Assembly (NCBI GenBank): GCA_038043465.1
Contig: JBBTBX010000002.1
Coordinates: forward strand, 110,944 to 174,943
Source of the DNA: Pseudomonadota bacterium
GTDB taxonomy: Bacteria > Pseudomonadota > Alphaproteobacteria > Rickettsiales > SXRF01
Direction: 5' to 3'
DNA length: 64,000 nucleotides
In this document: in pieces, positions 23,150-32,560 of the stretch
How positions within the stretch are numbered: position 1 is the first letter of the stretch
How the letters are laid out: each line of letters opens with the position of its first letter
The notes under the pieces: model-generated
The model's database searches: none
The model's input: the letters and a program-made list of their open reading frames with translations, nothing else
Told to the model about the DNA's origin: nothing
Position numbers and translations under genes: made by a program

Positions 23150-24201
23150 TCAGCGAAATAACTCCACGTACTAATACAAGATTATTCGGGCATGAACAGG
23201 TTGAAGCGATGCTGCTGCGTGATTTAGCATCCGGCAAGCTGGCGCATGGTATTATTCTGTCGGGAGCGCAAGGAATTGGCAAAGCAACTCTAGCATATAG
23301 ATTCGCAAGAGCATTACTTTCTGGGCAGTTGGATATGGAGATTTCAGAAGATAATCCGGTTTTTAAGCGCGTTGCTGCCCGCTCACATACGGATTTGCTG
23401 GTTATCGAACCGCTCTATGACGCTAAAAAAGATGAATATGCTACTGAAATAACTATCGAGCAATCGCGCACCATAGCCCAGTCACTATCGCTTACACCGG
23501 CTGAAGGGCAGTGGCGGGTGGTGATTATAGACAGTGCCGATGTGCTGAATAATAAATCAGCGAATGCTATACTGAAAATTCTCGAAGAGCCACCGCCACA
23601 AACGGTTATAATACTTATCGCCCATAATGTTGGAGGGCTGCTCCCAACCATTCGTTCACGCTGTCGTCTTATTAGTTTGCGACCATTGTCGCAGCAAGAT
23701 TTTATGCTGGCAATGAACCATATAGCTCCAGAAATAAACGAAAATGACCTAAATGCTCTTGGCGTTATATCTGGCTTCAGTCCAGGAATATCTATGCAAA
23801 TGCGCCAACATAATGTTCTTTCCGCTTATGATGAGATAATTTCTTTGCTTGGTTCACTGCCAAATCTTGATAATCAAGCAATTCAAAGCTTTTGCGAGAA
23901 GATAGGCAGCGGGAAAAAAGCACATGCCAACTGGAATATATTTATGCATGTGATGCTCTGCATTCTTGAAAGAATTACCGGAAAATCCGCAGGAACGAGC
24001 ATTATTCCCATAAATAAAGAAGATGAAGAGGCTCTAGTCAGATTATCTGCCACCCACAATGCAGCAGTATGGGCGACGAAATGGCAGGAGGCTTTGAATC
24101 AATTTTTATTGGCACAACGCCTGCATTTGGATTACAAACAGGTCGCGCTCGCATTTTTCCATTCATTAGCGGGGGTTGAAGAATTTACGTTAGCTAGTTA
24201 A
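23146..24201 (+). CDS. holB: DNA polymerase III delta-prime subunit
   Basis: GAQGIGKATLAYRFARALL, IIDSADVLNNKSANAILKILEEPP and SRC motif. Overlaps the tmk stop. Confidence 0.85.
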   Translation: MISEITPRTNTRLFGHEQVEAMLLRDLASGKLAHGIILSGAQGIGKATLAYRFARALLSGQLDMEISEDNPVFKRVAARSHTDLLVIEPLYDAKKDEYATEITIEQSRTIAQSLSLTPAEGQWRVVIIDSADVLNNKSANAILKILEEPPPQTVIILIAHNVGGLLPTIRSRCRLISLRPLSQQDFMLAMNHIAPEINENDLNALGVISGFSPGISMQMRQHNVLSAYDEIISLLGSLPNLDNQAIQSFCEKIGSGKKAHANWNIFMHVMLCILERITGKSAGTSIIPINKEDEEALVRLSATHNAAVWATKWQEALNQFLLAQRLHLDYKQVALAFFHSLAGVEEFTLAS

Positions 24202-24207
24202 TCTTTC

Positions 24208-24326
24208 GCCTCTCCCCTTGCGGGAGAGGCAAGATTTTGTTAGTTAACGCAGTTAGCTTATAAAATCTGGTGAGGGGTATTTGTTTATATACCCCACACC
24301 CAACCCTCCCCCGCAGGTGGGGAGGG
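24208..24326. repeat. composite GC-rich hairpin repeat, copy 2 (inverted relative to copy 1)
   Basis: gcctctccccttgcgggagaggc ... ggtgaggggtat-ttgtttat-ataccccac ... ccctcccccgcaggtggggaggg. Confidence 0.7.
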
Positions 24327-24343
24327 CTAAAAAGGATAGTAAC

Positions 24344-25894
24344 TTGAATAATTTTTATATAACTACACCGATTTATTACGTTAATGACCGCCCGCATATC
24401 GGGCATGCTTATACCTCTGTCGCCTGCGATGTTCTGGCGCGGTTTAACCGCTTGTGCGGTAAAAATGTAAAGTTTCTTACAGGAACTGACGAGCACGGGC
24501 AGAAGGTTGAAAAATCAGCGGAAAATGCTGGAATTCCACCGCAGGATTTTGTCGATAATGTTTCGCAGTATTTCCGCGAATTAGCCAAGCTTATGAACAT
24601 AAGCAATGATGATTTTATCCGAACCACCGAACCGCGTCATAAACAAGCAGCGCAAGCCTTATGGAAAAAAATGCAGGATAATGGGCATATTTATCTCGGT
24701 GCTTATTCCGGCTGGTATTCGGTGCGTGATGAGGCTTACTATCAGGAGAGCGAATTGGTGAGCGGAAAAGCTCCAACCGGCGCGGATGTTGAATGGGTGG
24801 AAGAGCCGAGCTATTTTTTTAATCTGTCAAAATGGCAGGATAAACTACTAAAATATTACGAAGAAAATCCGGATTTCATCGCTCCGGAATCACGGCGTAA
24901 TGAAATAATCAGTTTCGTGAAAGGCGGGCTTAAAGATTTGTCCATCTCACGCACCAGTTTTTCCTGGGGAATTCCTGTACCTGATGATGAAAAACATATC
25001 ATGTATGTCTGGCTGGACGCGCTTACTAATTATCTTTCTGCCCTTGGTTATCCTGACGAAAAATCACCTGACTATCAGAATTTCTGGCGTAACTCCTACT
25101 CAATGCACATGGTCGGCAAGGATATTATCCGTTTTCATGCGGTTTATTGGCCGGCATTCTTAATGGCAGCTGATTTGCCATTACCCAAAAGGATATTTGC
25201 CCATGGCTGGTGGACAGTAGAAGGCGAAAAGATGAGTAAATCACTGGGAAATGTGGTTGTCCCATCGGCTTTAGTTGAAGAATTTGGACTGGATCAGACT
25301 CGCTGGTTTTTAATGCGCGAAGTACCATTTGGTAATGATGGTAATTTCTCACGCGAACGCATGATTATTGTTATCAATAGCGAGCTGGCAAATAATATCG
25401 GGAATTTAGTACAGCGTACTTTAAGTATGGTAGCCAAGAATTGCGACGGCAAAGTTCCGGATGCCGGTGGAGTGGAAAAAGATGAGCTGGATATGTCTTT
25501 TCTTTATAAAATCTATGTGACTGAAAGCAATACGCCGCAGGACATTGAAAACCGTTATATGAATTGCCGGTTCAACGATATTATGGCGGATATTATTGCC
25601 ATTTCCAGCGAAGCTAACAATTATATTGATACCAAAGCCCCATGGAAGCAGAAAAAAACTGACGTGCGCCTTATGAATGCGACGCTTTATCATCTGCTGG
25701 AAGCAATACGCTGTATTGCTATTATGATTCAGCCATTTATCCCGCATTCTTCAGGTAAAATACTTGATTTATTATGTATTCCCATGGAAAATCGTTCATT
25801 TTCCTGCCTTTCTACCAATTTTTCTATACAATCAGGGACTCCTCTTCCCCCCCCTGAGCCAGTATTTCCACGCTTTGTGGAGAAGGGGGCATAG
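24344..25894 (+). CDS. metG: methionyl-tRNA synthetase
   Basis: FYITTPIYYVNDRPHIGHAY (HIGH) and KMSKSLGN (KMSKS). I place the start at TTG 24344, preceded by AAGGA at about 24331. The track start at 24281 lies inside the repeat element. Confidence 0.93.
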   Translation: MNNFYITTPIYYVNDRPHIGHAYTSVACDVLARFNRLCGKNVKFLTGTDEHGQKVEKSAENAGIPPQDFVDNVSQYFRELAKLMNISNDDFIRTTEPRHKQAAQALWKKMQDNGHIYLGAYSGWYSVRDEAYYQESELVSGKAPTGADVEWVEEPSYFFNLSKWQDKLLKYYEENPDFIAPESRRNEIISFVKGGLKDLSISRTSFSWGIPVPDDEKHIMYVWLDALTNYLSALGYPDEKSPDYQNFWRNSYSMHMVGKDIIRFHAVYWPAFLMAADLPLPKRIFAHGWWTVEGEKMSKSLGNVVVPSALVEEFGLDQTRWFLMREVPFGNDGNFSRERMIIVINSELANNIGNLVQRTLSMVAKNCDGKVPDAGGVEKDELDMSFLYKIYVTESNTPQDIENRYMNCRFNDIMADIIAISSEANNYIDTKAPWKQKKTDVRLMNATLYHLLEAIRCIAIMIQPFIPHSSGKILDLLCIPMENRSFSCLSTNFSIQSGTPLPPPEPVFPRFVEKGA

Positions 25895-26673
25895 TGCTGG
25901 TCGATAGTCATTGTCACCTCAATTTCCCTGATTTTAAGGACGATTTGGATGATATTATAGCGCGTGCAAAAGCAGCAGGGGTAGGGGTGATGCAGACAAT
26001 CTGCACAGAAATGGCAGAATTTGACGAGATTTATGCAATTTCTGAGAAATATCCTGGTATTTTTTGTTCAGTGGGTGTTCATCCTAATGATTCCGCAAAA
26101 CAGGAAATTGTTATAGCGCAGGAGCTTATAGAGAAAACTTCACGCGGGAGAGTCATAGGAATTGGTGAAACCGGACTGGATTATTATTACGAATATAGTG
26201 ACAAAAGACTGCAAATAGACAGTTTTCTTGAACATATAAAAGCCGCAAGGGAAACCGGACTGCCGCTTATAATTCACACACGTGACGCTGAAGACGACAC
26301 AATTAATATACTAAAAGATGAAATAGCAAAAGGTTCATTCAAGTTTTTAATCCATTGTTTTACATCAACAAAAGAACTTGCTGATATATCGGTAAAGCTT
26401 GGCGGGTATATTTCTGTTTCCGGCATTATAACTTTTAAAAATGCTCAGGAAATACGTGATGCTTTGCTTGATGTGCCACTGAATCGCTTGCTAATAGAGA
26501 CTGATTCACCGTTTCTTGCGCCAGTTCCACATCGAGGAAAACGTAATGAACCATCTTATGTGGTGCAGGTAAATAAAACATTGGCGGATTTGAAGAACAT
26601 AAGCGAAGAAGAATGTGCAAAAATAACCACGGATAACTTTTTCCGTTTGTTTGATAAGGCCGTGATGCCATGA
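25894..26673 (+). CDS. tatD: TatD-family metal-dependent hydrolase
   Basis: LVDSHCHLNF, GETGLDYYY, IHTRDA and ETDSPFLAP. Confidence 0.9.
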   Translation: MLVDSHCHLNFPDFKDDLDDIIARAKAAGVGVMQTICTEMAEFDEIYAISEKYPGIFCSVGVHPNDSAKQEIVIAQELIEKTSRGRVIGIGETGLDYYYEYSDKRLQIDSFLEHIKAARETGLPLIIHTRDAEDDTINILKDEIAKGSFKFLIHCFTSTKELADISVKLGGYISVSGIITFKNAQEIRDALLDVPLNRLLIETDSPFLAPVPHRGKRNEPSYVVQVNKTLADLKNISEEECAKITTDNFFRLFDKAVMP

Positions 26674-27446
26674 AAGTGACGATATTAGGTTGCGGGCATT
26701 CTCTCGGTGTGCCGGTGATTGGCTGTGAGTGCGCGGTATGCGCTTCTGATAACCCAAAAAACAAGCGTTTGCGCGTTTCTGTTTTGGTGCAAGTTGACGG
26801 GAAAAACATAGTTATTGATACATCTCCGGATTTCCGGCAACAGGTGTTATCCGCTAATATCAATAGATTAGACGCCGTTCTTTATACACATGATCACGCT
26901 GATCACACACACGGAATAGATGATTTGCGTAGTTTCAATATCTTACATAATGATGTTATACCAGTTTACAGTAATGCTGAGATAATAGAGTCTCTTAAAA
27001 AGCGTTTTTCGTATGTATTTCTGCCAAAACCTGCCGAAAATGCTACATTCAGACCGAGTTTGAGCGCGAATATACTGCCGGATATGCCGATCTATGAATT
27101 TATGCTCGGCGAAACTAGGATTACTGCTTTTGAACAACAACATGGAAAGAGTATAACACTTGGTTACCGGATTGGTGATTTTGCATATTCAACCGATGTA
27201 AATTCTCTGTCGGATTCAGCTTTTGAGGCTCTGTCTGGTGTAAAATGTTGGATTGTTGATTGTTTGCGTTATACGCCATCATATAGCCATTCACATTTAT
27301 CCCAAACGTTAGAGTGGATTTCCCGTGTAAACCCGAATCAGGCTATACTGACCCATATGGCGCATGAATTTGACTATGATAAGCTTTTAACCGAACTTCC
27401 GGCTGGCGTTTTGCCCGCTTATGATGGTATGGTTATCGAAATATGA
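26670..27446 (+). CDS. MBL-fold metallo-hydrolase (PhnP/GPMBL-like)
   Basis: CGHSLGVP...CxxC, THDHADHTHGIDDL metallo-beta-lactamase motif. Overlaps the tatD stop. Confidence 0.75.
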   Translation: MKVTILGCGHSLGVPVIGCECAVCASDNPKNKRLRVSVLVQVDGKNIVIDTSPDFRQQVLSANINRLDAVLYTHDHADHTHGIDDLRSFNILHNDVIPVYSNAEIIESLKKRFSYVFLPKPAENATFRPSLSANILPDMPIYEFMLGETRITAFEQQHGKSITLGYRIGDFAYSTDVNSLSDSAFEALSGVKCWIVDCLRYTPSYSHSHLSQTLEWISRVNPNQAILTHMAHEFDYDKLLTELPAGVLPAYDGMVIEI

Positions 27447-27489
27447 CGTATTTTTTCCATAATATATATTATACGACAATTGGATTGTT

Positions 27490-29526
27490 ATGAGCGAAGA
27501 TAGAAAACACGATGATAATGCTGTGATAAAGCCCCTGATTTCCAAGCTGGCTTCTGGGATTAAGGGTGAATGTACGGTTGCGGGTGATAAATCAATCTCC
27601 CACCGCGCCCTGATGCTCGGCTCACAGGTTCTTGGTACAACCAGAATTCACGGGCTTCTTGAAGGTGAAGATGTATTGCGTACAGCATCTGCCCTGCAAT
27701 CTCTCGGTGTTAGTATCAACCGTGATTCACAAGGAATTTGGACTGTAACTGGCGTTGGTGTTGGCGGCTTGGCTGAAAGCACAGACGTTCTGGATATGGG
27801 AAATTCCGGCACAAGCACCCGCCTGCTTATGGGGCTGGTTTCGCCTTACGATTTTACCACTTTTTTTACCGGTGATAACAGCCTTCGCGGTCGCCCCATG
27901 GGTAGGGTAATTACCCCCCTGACCCAGATGGGTGCTGGGTTTAATGCTCGTGAGGGAGGTAAGCTTCCTCTCGCGGTAAAAGGCACAAAAAACCCCATGC
28001 CGATCACTTATACCCTGCCTGTACCATCGGCGCAGGTTAAGTCCGCTATATTGCTTGCGGGACTTAATACGCCCGGAATTACTACAGTTATTGAAAAAGA
28101 GGCTACTCGTGATCATAGCGAGAATATGCTTCGTTATTTTGGGTTTGATGTTAAAAATCAAAAGCTTGAAGACGGTTCTTCATCTATTTCTGTTGTCGGA
28201 CAGCCCGCACAGAAGCTGGGTGAATATGAGATATATGTTCCGGCAGACCCTTCTTCTGCTGCATTCTTGGTAGTTTCCGCCCTCATTTGCCCTAATTCCG
28301 ACCTGCTTATCCGTAATGTTTGCATAAATCCGCTGCGAACCGGATTATTCACCACCCTCAAGGAAATGGGCGCAAAGCTTGAGTTTGTTAATGAGCGCAG
28401 CGTTGCCGGTGAAGCTGTTGCTGATATTCACGTCAAACACAGAAAATTAAAAGCTGTTACCGTCCCTGCTTCCCGCGCTCCTTCGATGATTGATGAATAT
28501 CCGGTTCTAGCGGTTGCCGCCGCCTTTGCTGCCGGTGAAAGCATTATGCATGGTCTTTCTGAGCTGCGCGTCAAAGAAAGTGACCGCTTGAGCGCGATAG
28601 TCGCTGCCCTGACTGCCTGTGGCGTTTCCGCCAGAGCTGATGGCGATAGTTTGTATGTAAAAGGTTCAGCCGCTCCCAAAGGTGGCGCAACCGTTACCAC
28701 TAATTTCGACCACAGGATCGCCATGGCATTTCTGGTTATGGGAATGGCGAGCAAAGAGCCTGTAACCGTTGATGATGCTGCAGCAATCGCAACAAGTTTC
28801 CCTAATTTTTCCGAGTTATGCAACAGCTTAGGCGCGCGCATTGCTCCCCCTCGCCCCACCCCCTCTTCTGTTAAGGCTTCTTTAGTGATTGCCATTGATG
28901 GGCCAGCGGCATCAGGAAAAGGTACTCTTGCCAGAAGGTTAGCAGAACATTTTAACATGGATTATCTGGATACTGGCAGCCTTTACCGCGCTGTTGGTAT
29001 GAAAATTATATATTCTGGCAAAGACCCTAATAATATGCAGGATGCTCTGGAAGCTGCAAAAACCATTGATGCTGAAGATTTGGCAAACCCACGCCTACGC
29101 CAGGAACGCATCGGTCAAGCAGCATCCGTAATTTCAGCATTTCCGGAAGTGCGTGTGGCACTGCTTGAATTCCAACGTGAATTTGCCAAAAAATCCATAA
29201 TTTCCGGGCGTGGCGCGGTTCTTGATGGGCGCGATATAGGTACTGTGGTTTGTCCGGAAGCAGATTTTAAGTTTTTTATTACCGCTACCTTGTTTGCCCG
29301 TGCCAAACGCCGCCATAAAGAGTTGGAAGGTGAAGGTATTCAGGTTATTTTTGAATCAGTTCTGGAAGATCTGCGCGAACGTGACGAACGCGATGAAAAA
29401 CGCGCTGTTGCGCCATTGCGTCCGGCTGATGATGCCTATATCATAGATAGCTCAAAGCTTGATGCCAGCGAGGTTTTTAAGACTTCCAGTGACTTAGTAT
29501 TGAAGAAAATTGACTTATTGCCGTAA
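27490..29526 (+). CDS. aroA: bifunctional 3-phosphoshikimate 1-carboxyvinyltransferase / cytidylate kinase (AroA-Cmk fusion)
   Basis: 678 aa. N-terminal EPSP synthase (GDKSISHRALML, LDMGNSGTSTRLL, RVKESDRL, DHRIAMAF). A short Pro-rich linker (APPRPTPSS) joins it in frame to Cmk (IAIDGPAASGKGTLARRLA...LDTGSLYRAVG...DGRDIGTVV). Confidence 0.9.
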   Translation: MSEDRKHDDNAVIKPLISKLASGIKGECTVAGDKSISHRALMLGSQVLGTTRIHGLLEGEDVLRTASALQSLGVSINRDSQGIWTVTGVGVGGLAESTDVLDMGNSGTSTRLLMGLVSPYDFTTFFTGDNSLRGRPMGRVITPLTQMGAGFNAREGGKLPLAVKGTKNPMPITYTLPVPSAQVKSAILLAGLNTPGITTVIEKEATRDHSENMLRYFGFDVKNQKLEDGSSSISVVGQPAQKLGEYEIYVPADPSSAAFLVVSALICPNSDLLIRNVCINPLRTGLFTTLKEMGAKLEFVNERSVAGEAVADIHVKHRKLKAVTVPASRAPSMIDEYPVLAVAAAFAAGESIMHGLSELRVKESDRLSAIVAALTACGVSARADGDSLYVKGSAAPKGGATVTTNFDHRIAMAFLVMGMASKEPVTVDDAAAIATSFPNFSELCNSLGARIAPPRPTPSSVKASLVIAIDGPAASGKGTLARRLAEHFNMDYLDTGSLYRAVGMKIIYSGKDPNNMQDALEAAKTIDAEDLANPRLRQERIGQAASVISAFPEVRVALLEFQREFAKKSIISGRGAVLDGRDIGTVVCPEADFKFFITATLFARAKRRHKELEGEGIQVIFESVLEDLRERDERDEKRAVAPLRPADDAYIIDSSKLDASEVFKTSSDLVLKKIDLLP

Positions 29527-29574
29527 TAAAACTTTAATATATATCGGTTTGACCATATATTATGGTAGTTTATA

Positions 29575-30498
29575 ATGGTTATTATGGTCGAGCAGAAAAT
29601 AGAATCTGAATCATTAAAAAAAATCGCCTTCAAAGAAGCGTGGAAGGGTCGTACGCGTGCGCTGTGGTCTATTGCTGCAATGGGCGTTGTCGCCGGTGCA
29701 TTGATTGGTTTAGCTGTACCCTTTATACCTGCAATTGTTGGGATGCTAATGCCTAGCTTAGGCATAACAAGCACTTTTTCTTCGGCTTTAAGCGCGGTTC
29801 CAGCATCGATGGCTATTTTTTCTGCCCATGGCATGGGAATTGGGGCATTGGTAGGCGGTATACTTGGAGGGCCATCCGGGTGTGTTGGTGCTGTTGCTGA
29901 AGAATTACAAAAACGCAAGGCCTCTAAAGAAAAATCTTGTGATAAAACTACTAGTGCTAACATTCCCGTTGAGCATAAAGAAAAACCTAAACATAGATAT
30001 ATTAATCCAAAAGTAATGGCACTATTTGCCGGATTAGGAGCTATAGGCGGTGCAATTATGGTTGCAAGTCTAGCGGCAACTGGTGGGCTAACAGTGGCTG
30101 CTGCCAGTGCTTTGATGCCAGGTGTTGAAACTGCACTCGGTGCAGGAGCTACCGCAGGTGCTGTTGGAACTTACGTTATTGGGGTTATGACATCTTTTGG
30201 TGCAATATTTGGATTTAATGGTCCTGAGATTGCTACAGGTATGCAAAATTTTACCGGAAGATTATTTAGCGGAGAGTTATTAGGCACAAGCTGGGAAAAG
30301 AAAAAATCTAATGGAATACAAAATACAGAGACATTAGTGGCATCAGTTAATGCACCGAAAATCTCTTTGGTTGAAGAGCATTCCACTTCTTCTCACGTTT
30401 CTAAATTAGGTAATCGTGAGACATTCAGTTCATATAGCGATATGATCATAAAATCTGCATACGATACCAAAACAAGCGAACAAGTTCACCATAAGTGA
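29575..30498 (+). CDS. hypothetical membrane protein with two Gly/Ala-rich hydrophobic blocks
   Basis: 307 aa. Hydrophobic blocks at about aa 30-110 and 140-215 are separated by a Lys-rich linker, followed by a polar C-terminal tail. Inserted between cmk and rpsA. No family recognised. Confidence 0.55.
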   Translation: MVIMVEQKIESESLKKIAFKEAWKGRTRALWSIAAMGVVAGALIGLAVPFIPAIVGMLMPSLGITSTFSSALSAVPASMAIFSAHGMGIGALVGGILGGPSGCVGAVAEELQKRKASKEKSCDKTTSANIPVEHKEKPKHRYINPKVMALFAGLGAIGGAIMVASLAATGGLTVAAASALMPGVETALGAGATAGAVGTYVIGVMTSFGAIFGFNGPEIATGMQNFTGRLFSGELLGTSWEKKKSNGIQNTETLVASVNAPKISLVEEHSTSSHVSKLGNRETFSSYSDMIIKSAYDTKTSEQVHHK

Positions 30499-30730
30499 TA
30501 TAAGTACTGTTAACAGGTCATATAAGGCAAAAATGCCATAGCTAAACCTAAAAAATCTCTTGCATTTCCTTATTTTGTAGATAAAAATCACTGTCTCTTT
30601 AAACGATGTCAGGGCATGTTCAGCGACGCTCCCTCAGAAATTATTGTTTTTGGATTAACCCAGAGGTGGACGCTGGCACTTCGCAACAATAAATTATCAT
30701 GAAAGATCATGGTAATGTTAGGAATAAATT

Positions 30731-32464
30731 ATGTCACAAGCTGCACACGCATATGCAAATGTTGAAATAGAAGATTTTGCTGCGTTATTTGAAGAATCAC
30801 AAACTGTAGGCGGAAAAAGCGAAGGCTCTGTTGTTAAGGGCATCATCGTCGCTATTGAAAAAGACGTTGTTATTATCGACGTAGGAATGAAATCAGAAGG
30901 TCGTGTCCCTCTTCGCGAATTCATGGTAAATAATGTTCCTGCTGAACTGCGCGTTGGCGATGAAGTTGAAGTTTACCTGGAAAAAATTGAAAATAAGAAT
31001 GGCGAAGCTATCTTGTCACGCGAAAAAGCACTGCGTGAAGAAGCATGGGTTAAGCTGGAGAAAGCCTGCGCTAATTCTGAGCGCGTTGATGGTGTTATTT
31101 TCGGTCGCGTTAAGGGTGGATTTACCGTTGACATCCAAGGCGCAGTTGCCTTCCTTCCTGGCAGTCAGGTTGACATTCGCCCTATCCGCGATGTCACCCC
31201 GCTTATGCACATCACTCAACCATTCTTGATTTTAAAAATGGATCGTAAACGTGGAAATATCGTTGTTTCCCGTCGTGCGATTCTTGAAGAGTCACGTGTT
31301 GAAGCTCGTAACGACCTGCTTGGCAAAATTGTTGAGGGTCAGGTTCTTGATGGTATCGTTAAAAATATCACCGATTACGGTGCGTTTATCGATATGGGCG
31401 GAATTGACGGCTTGCTACACGTTACCGATATTTCCTGGAGACGCATCAGCCATCCGACCGAAATACTGTCTGTCGGTCAGACAATCAAAGTTATGGTGAC
31501 TAAATTTGATCAAGGCACCAAGCGCGTTTCCCTCGGTATGAAACAGCTTGAATCCAACCCTTGGCAGGAAGCGGCTGATAAATACAGCGTTGGCACTAAG
31601 CTAAGCGGTAAGATCACGAACATCACCGATTACGGTGCGTTTGTTGAGCTGGAGCCAGGCATTGAAGGACTTGTTCACGTATCTGAAATTTCATGGGTTA
31701 AAAAGAGCTCACATCCTTCCAAACTAGTTTCTGTAAGTCAGGAAGTGAATGTTGTTGTTCTGGATATCGATGTTTCCAAACATCGCATCAGCCTTGGTAT
31801 GAAACAATGTGAAGAAAATCCTTGGGCTGTTTATGCTGATAAGATGAAGGTTGGCAATGTAATCGAAGGTGAAATCCGTAATATAACCGACTTTGGCCTG
31901 TTTGTAGGTCTTGGAGGCGATATTGACGGTCTTGTTCATCACTCCGATTTAAGCTGGTCTGAATCTGGTGATGCTGCCATAAAGAATTATAAAAAAGGCG
32001 AAGTAATCAAAGCGAAAATTCTAGCTATTGATATTGAAAAAGAACGTATCAGCCTTGGCGTAAAACAACTTACTGATGCACCTGAATCACAAGAAAAATC
32101 TGGTGATTCTTCCAGTGATATTCAGAAAGGTTCTACTATTACCTGTGCTGTTTCTGAGATTCATGATGATGGTATTACCGTAAAAATCAATGACACGGTA
32201 AGCAGCTTCATTAAGAAAGGGGACATTGCGCGTGAACGTCAGGATCAACGTCCGGATCGTTTCGCAGTTGGTGACCGTGTTGACGTGAAAGTTGTTTCTG
32301 TTGATAAAGCCGGCAAGGTTGGCGTATCTATCAAAGCTCTGGAAATGGATGACCATAAAAAAGCTATCAGCGAATATGGTTCTGAAAACAGCGGTGCGTC
32401 CCTTGGTGATATTCTGGGAGCTGCCCTAAGTGCTGCCAATGAAGGTAAGAAAAGTAAGAAGTAA
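30731..32464 (+). CDS. rpsA: 30S ribosomal protein S1
   Basis: 577 aa with six S1 (OB-fold) repeats, e.g. GIVKNITDYGAFIDMGGIDGLLHVTDISW. Confidence 0.97.
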   Translation: MSQAAHAYANVEIEDFAALFEESQTVGGKSEGSVVKGIIVAIEKDVVIIDVGMKSEGRVPLREFMVNNVPAELRVGDEVEVYLEKIENKNGEAILSREKALREEAWVKLEKACANSERVDGVIFGRVKGGFTVDIQGAVAFLPGSQVDIRPIRDVTPLMHITQPFLILKMDRKRGNIVVSRRAILEESRVEARNDLLGKIVEGQVLDGIVKNITDYGAFIDMGGIDGLLHVTDISWRRISHPTEILSVGQTIKVMVTKFDQGTKRVSLGMKQLESNPWQEAADKYSVGTKLSGKITNITDYGAFVELEPGIEGLVHVSEISWVKKSSHPSKLVSVSQEVNVVVLDIDVSKHRISLGMKQCEENPWAVYADKMKVGNVIEGEIRNITDFGLFVGLGGDIDGLVHHSDLSWSESGDAAIKNYKKGEVIKAKILAIDIEKERISLGVKQLTDAPESQEKSGDSSSDIQKGSTITCAVSEIHDDGITVKINDTVSSFIKKGDIARERQDQRPDRFAVGDRVDVKVVSVDKAGKVGVSIKALEMDDHKKAISEYGSENSGASLGDILGAALSAANEGKKSKK

Positions 32465-32560
32465 TTTGGTGAATGGTGGATAGTGATTGGTGGTTAGTAA
32501 ATAATTGCTTATCACTATTCACCGTCCACTATCACTATCTACCGTACGCAGGAGAATAAA

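Noticed and set aside
24194-24496. A 100-aa minus-strand ORF and the metG N-terminal extension (24281-24343) that translates as ...PNPPPQVGRAKK.
   Set aside because: Both are generated by the GC-rich hairpin repeat (24208-24326). MetG homology begins at NNFYITTPIYYVND, and a TTG with an AAGGA RBS is available at 24344.
32469-32529. Imperfect hairpin after rpsA (gtgaatggtggatagtgat / atcactattcaccgtccac). It shares GGATAGTG-like words with the hairpin region after dnaK.
   Set aside because: The stem has several mismatches and no T-tract, and the word similarity to the dnaK-distal hairpin is short. It may be a weak terminator, but the support is too thin to call it a feature or a repeat family.
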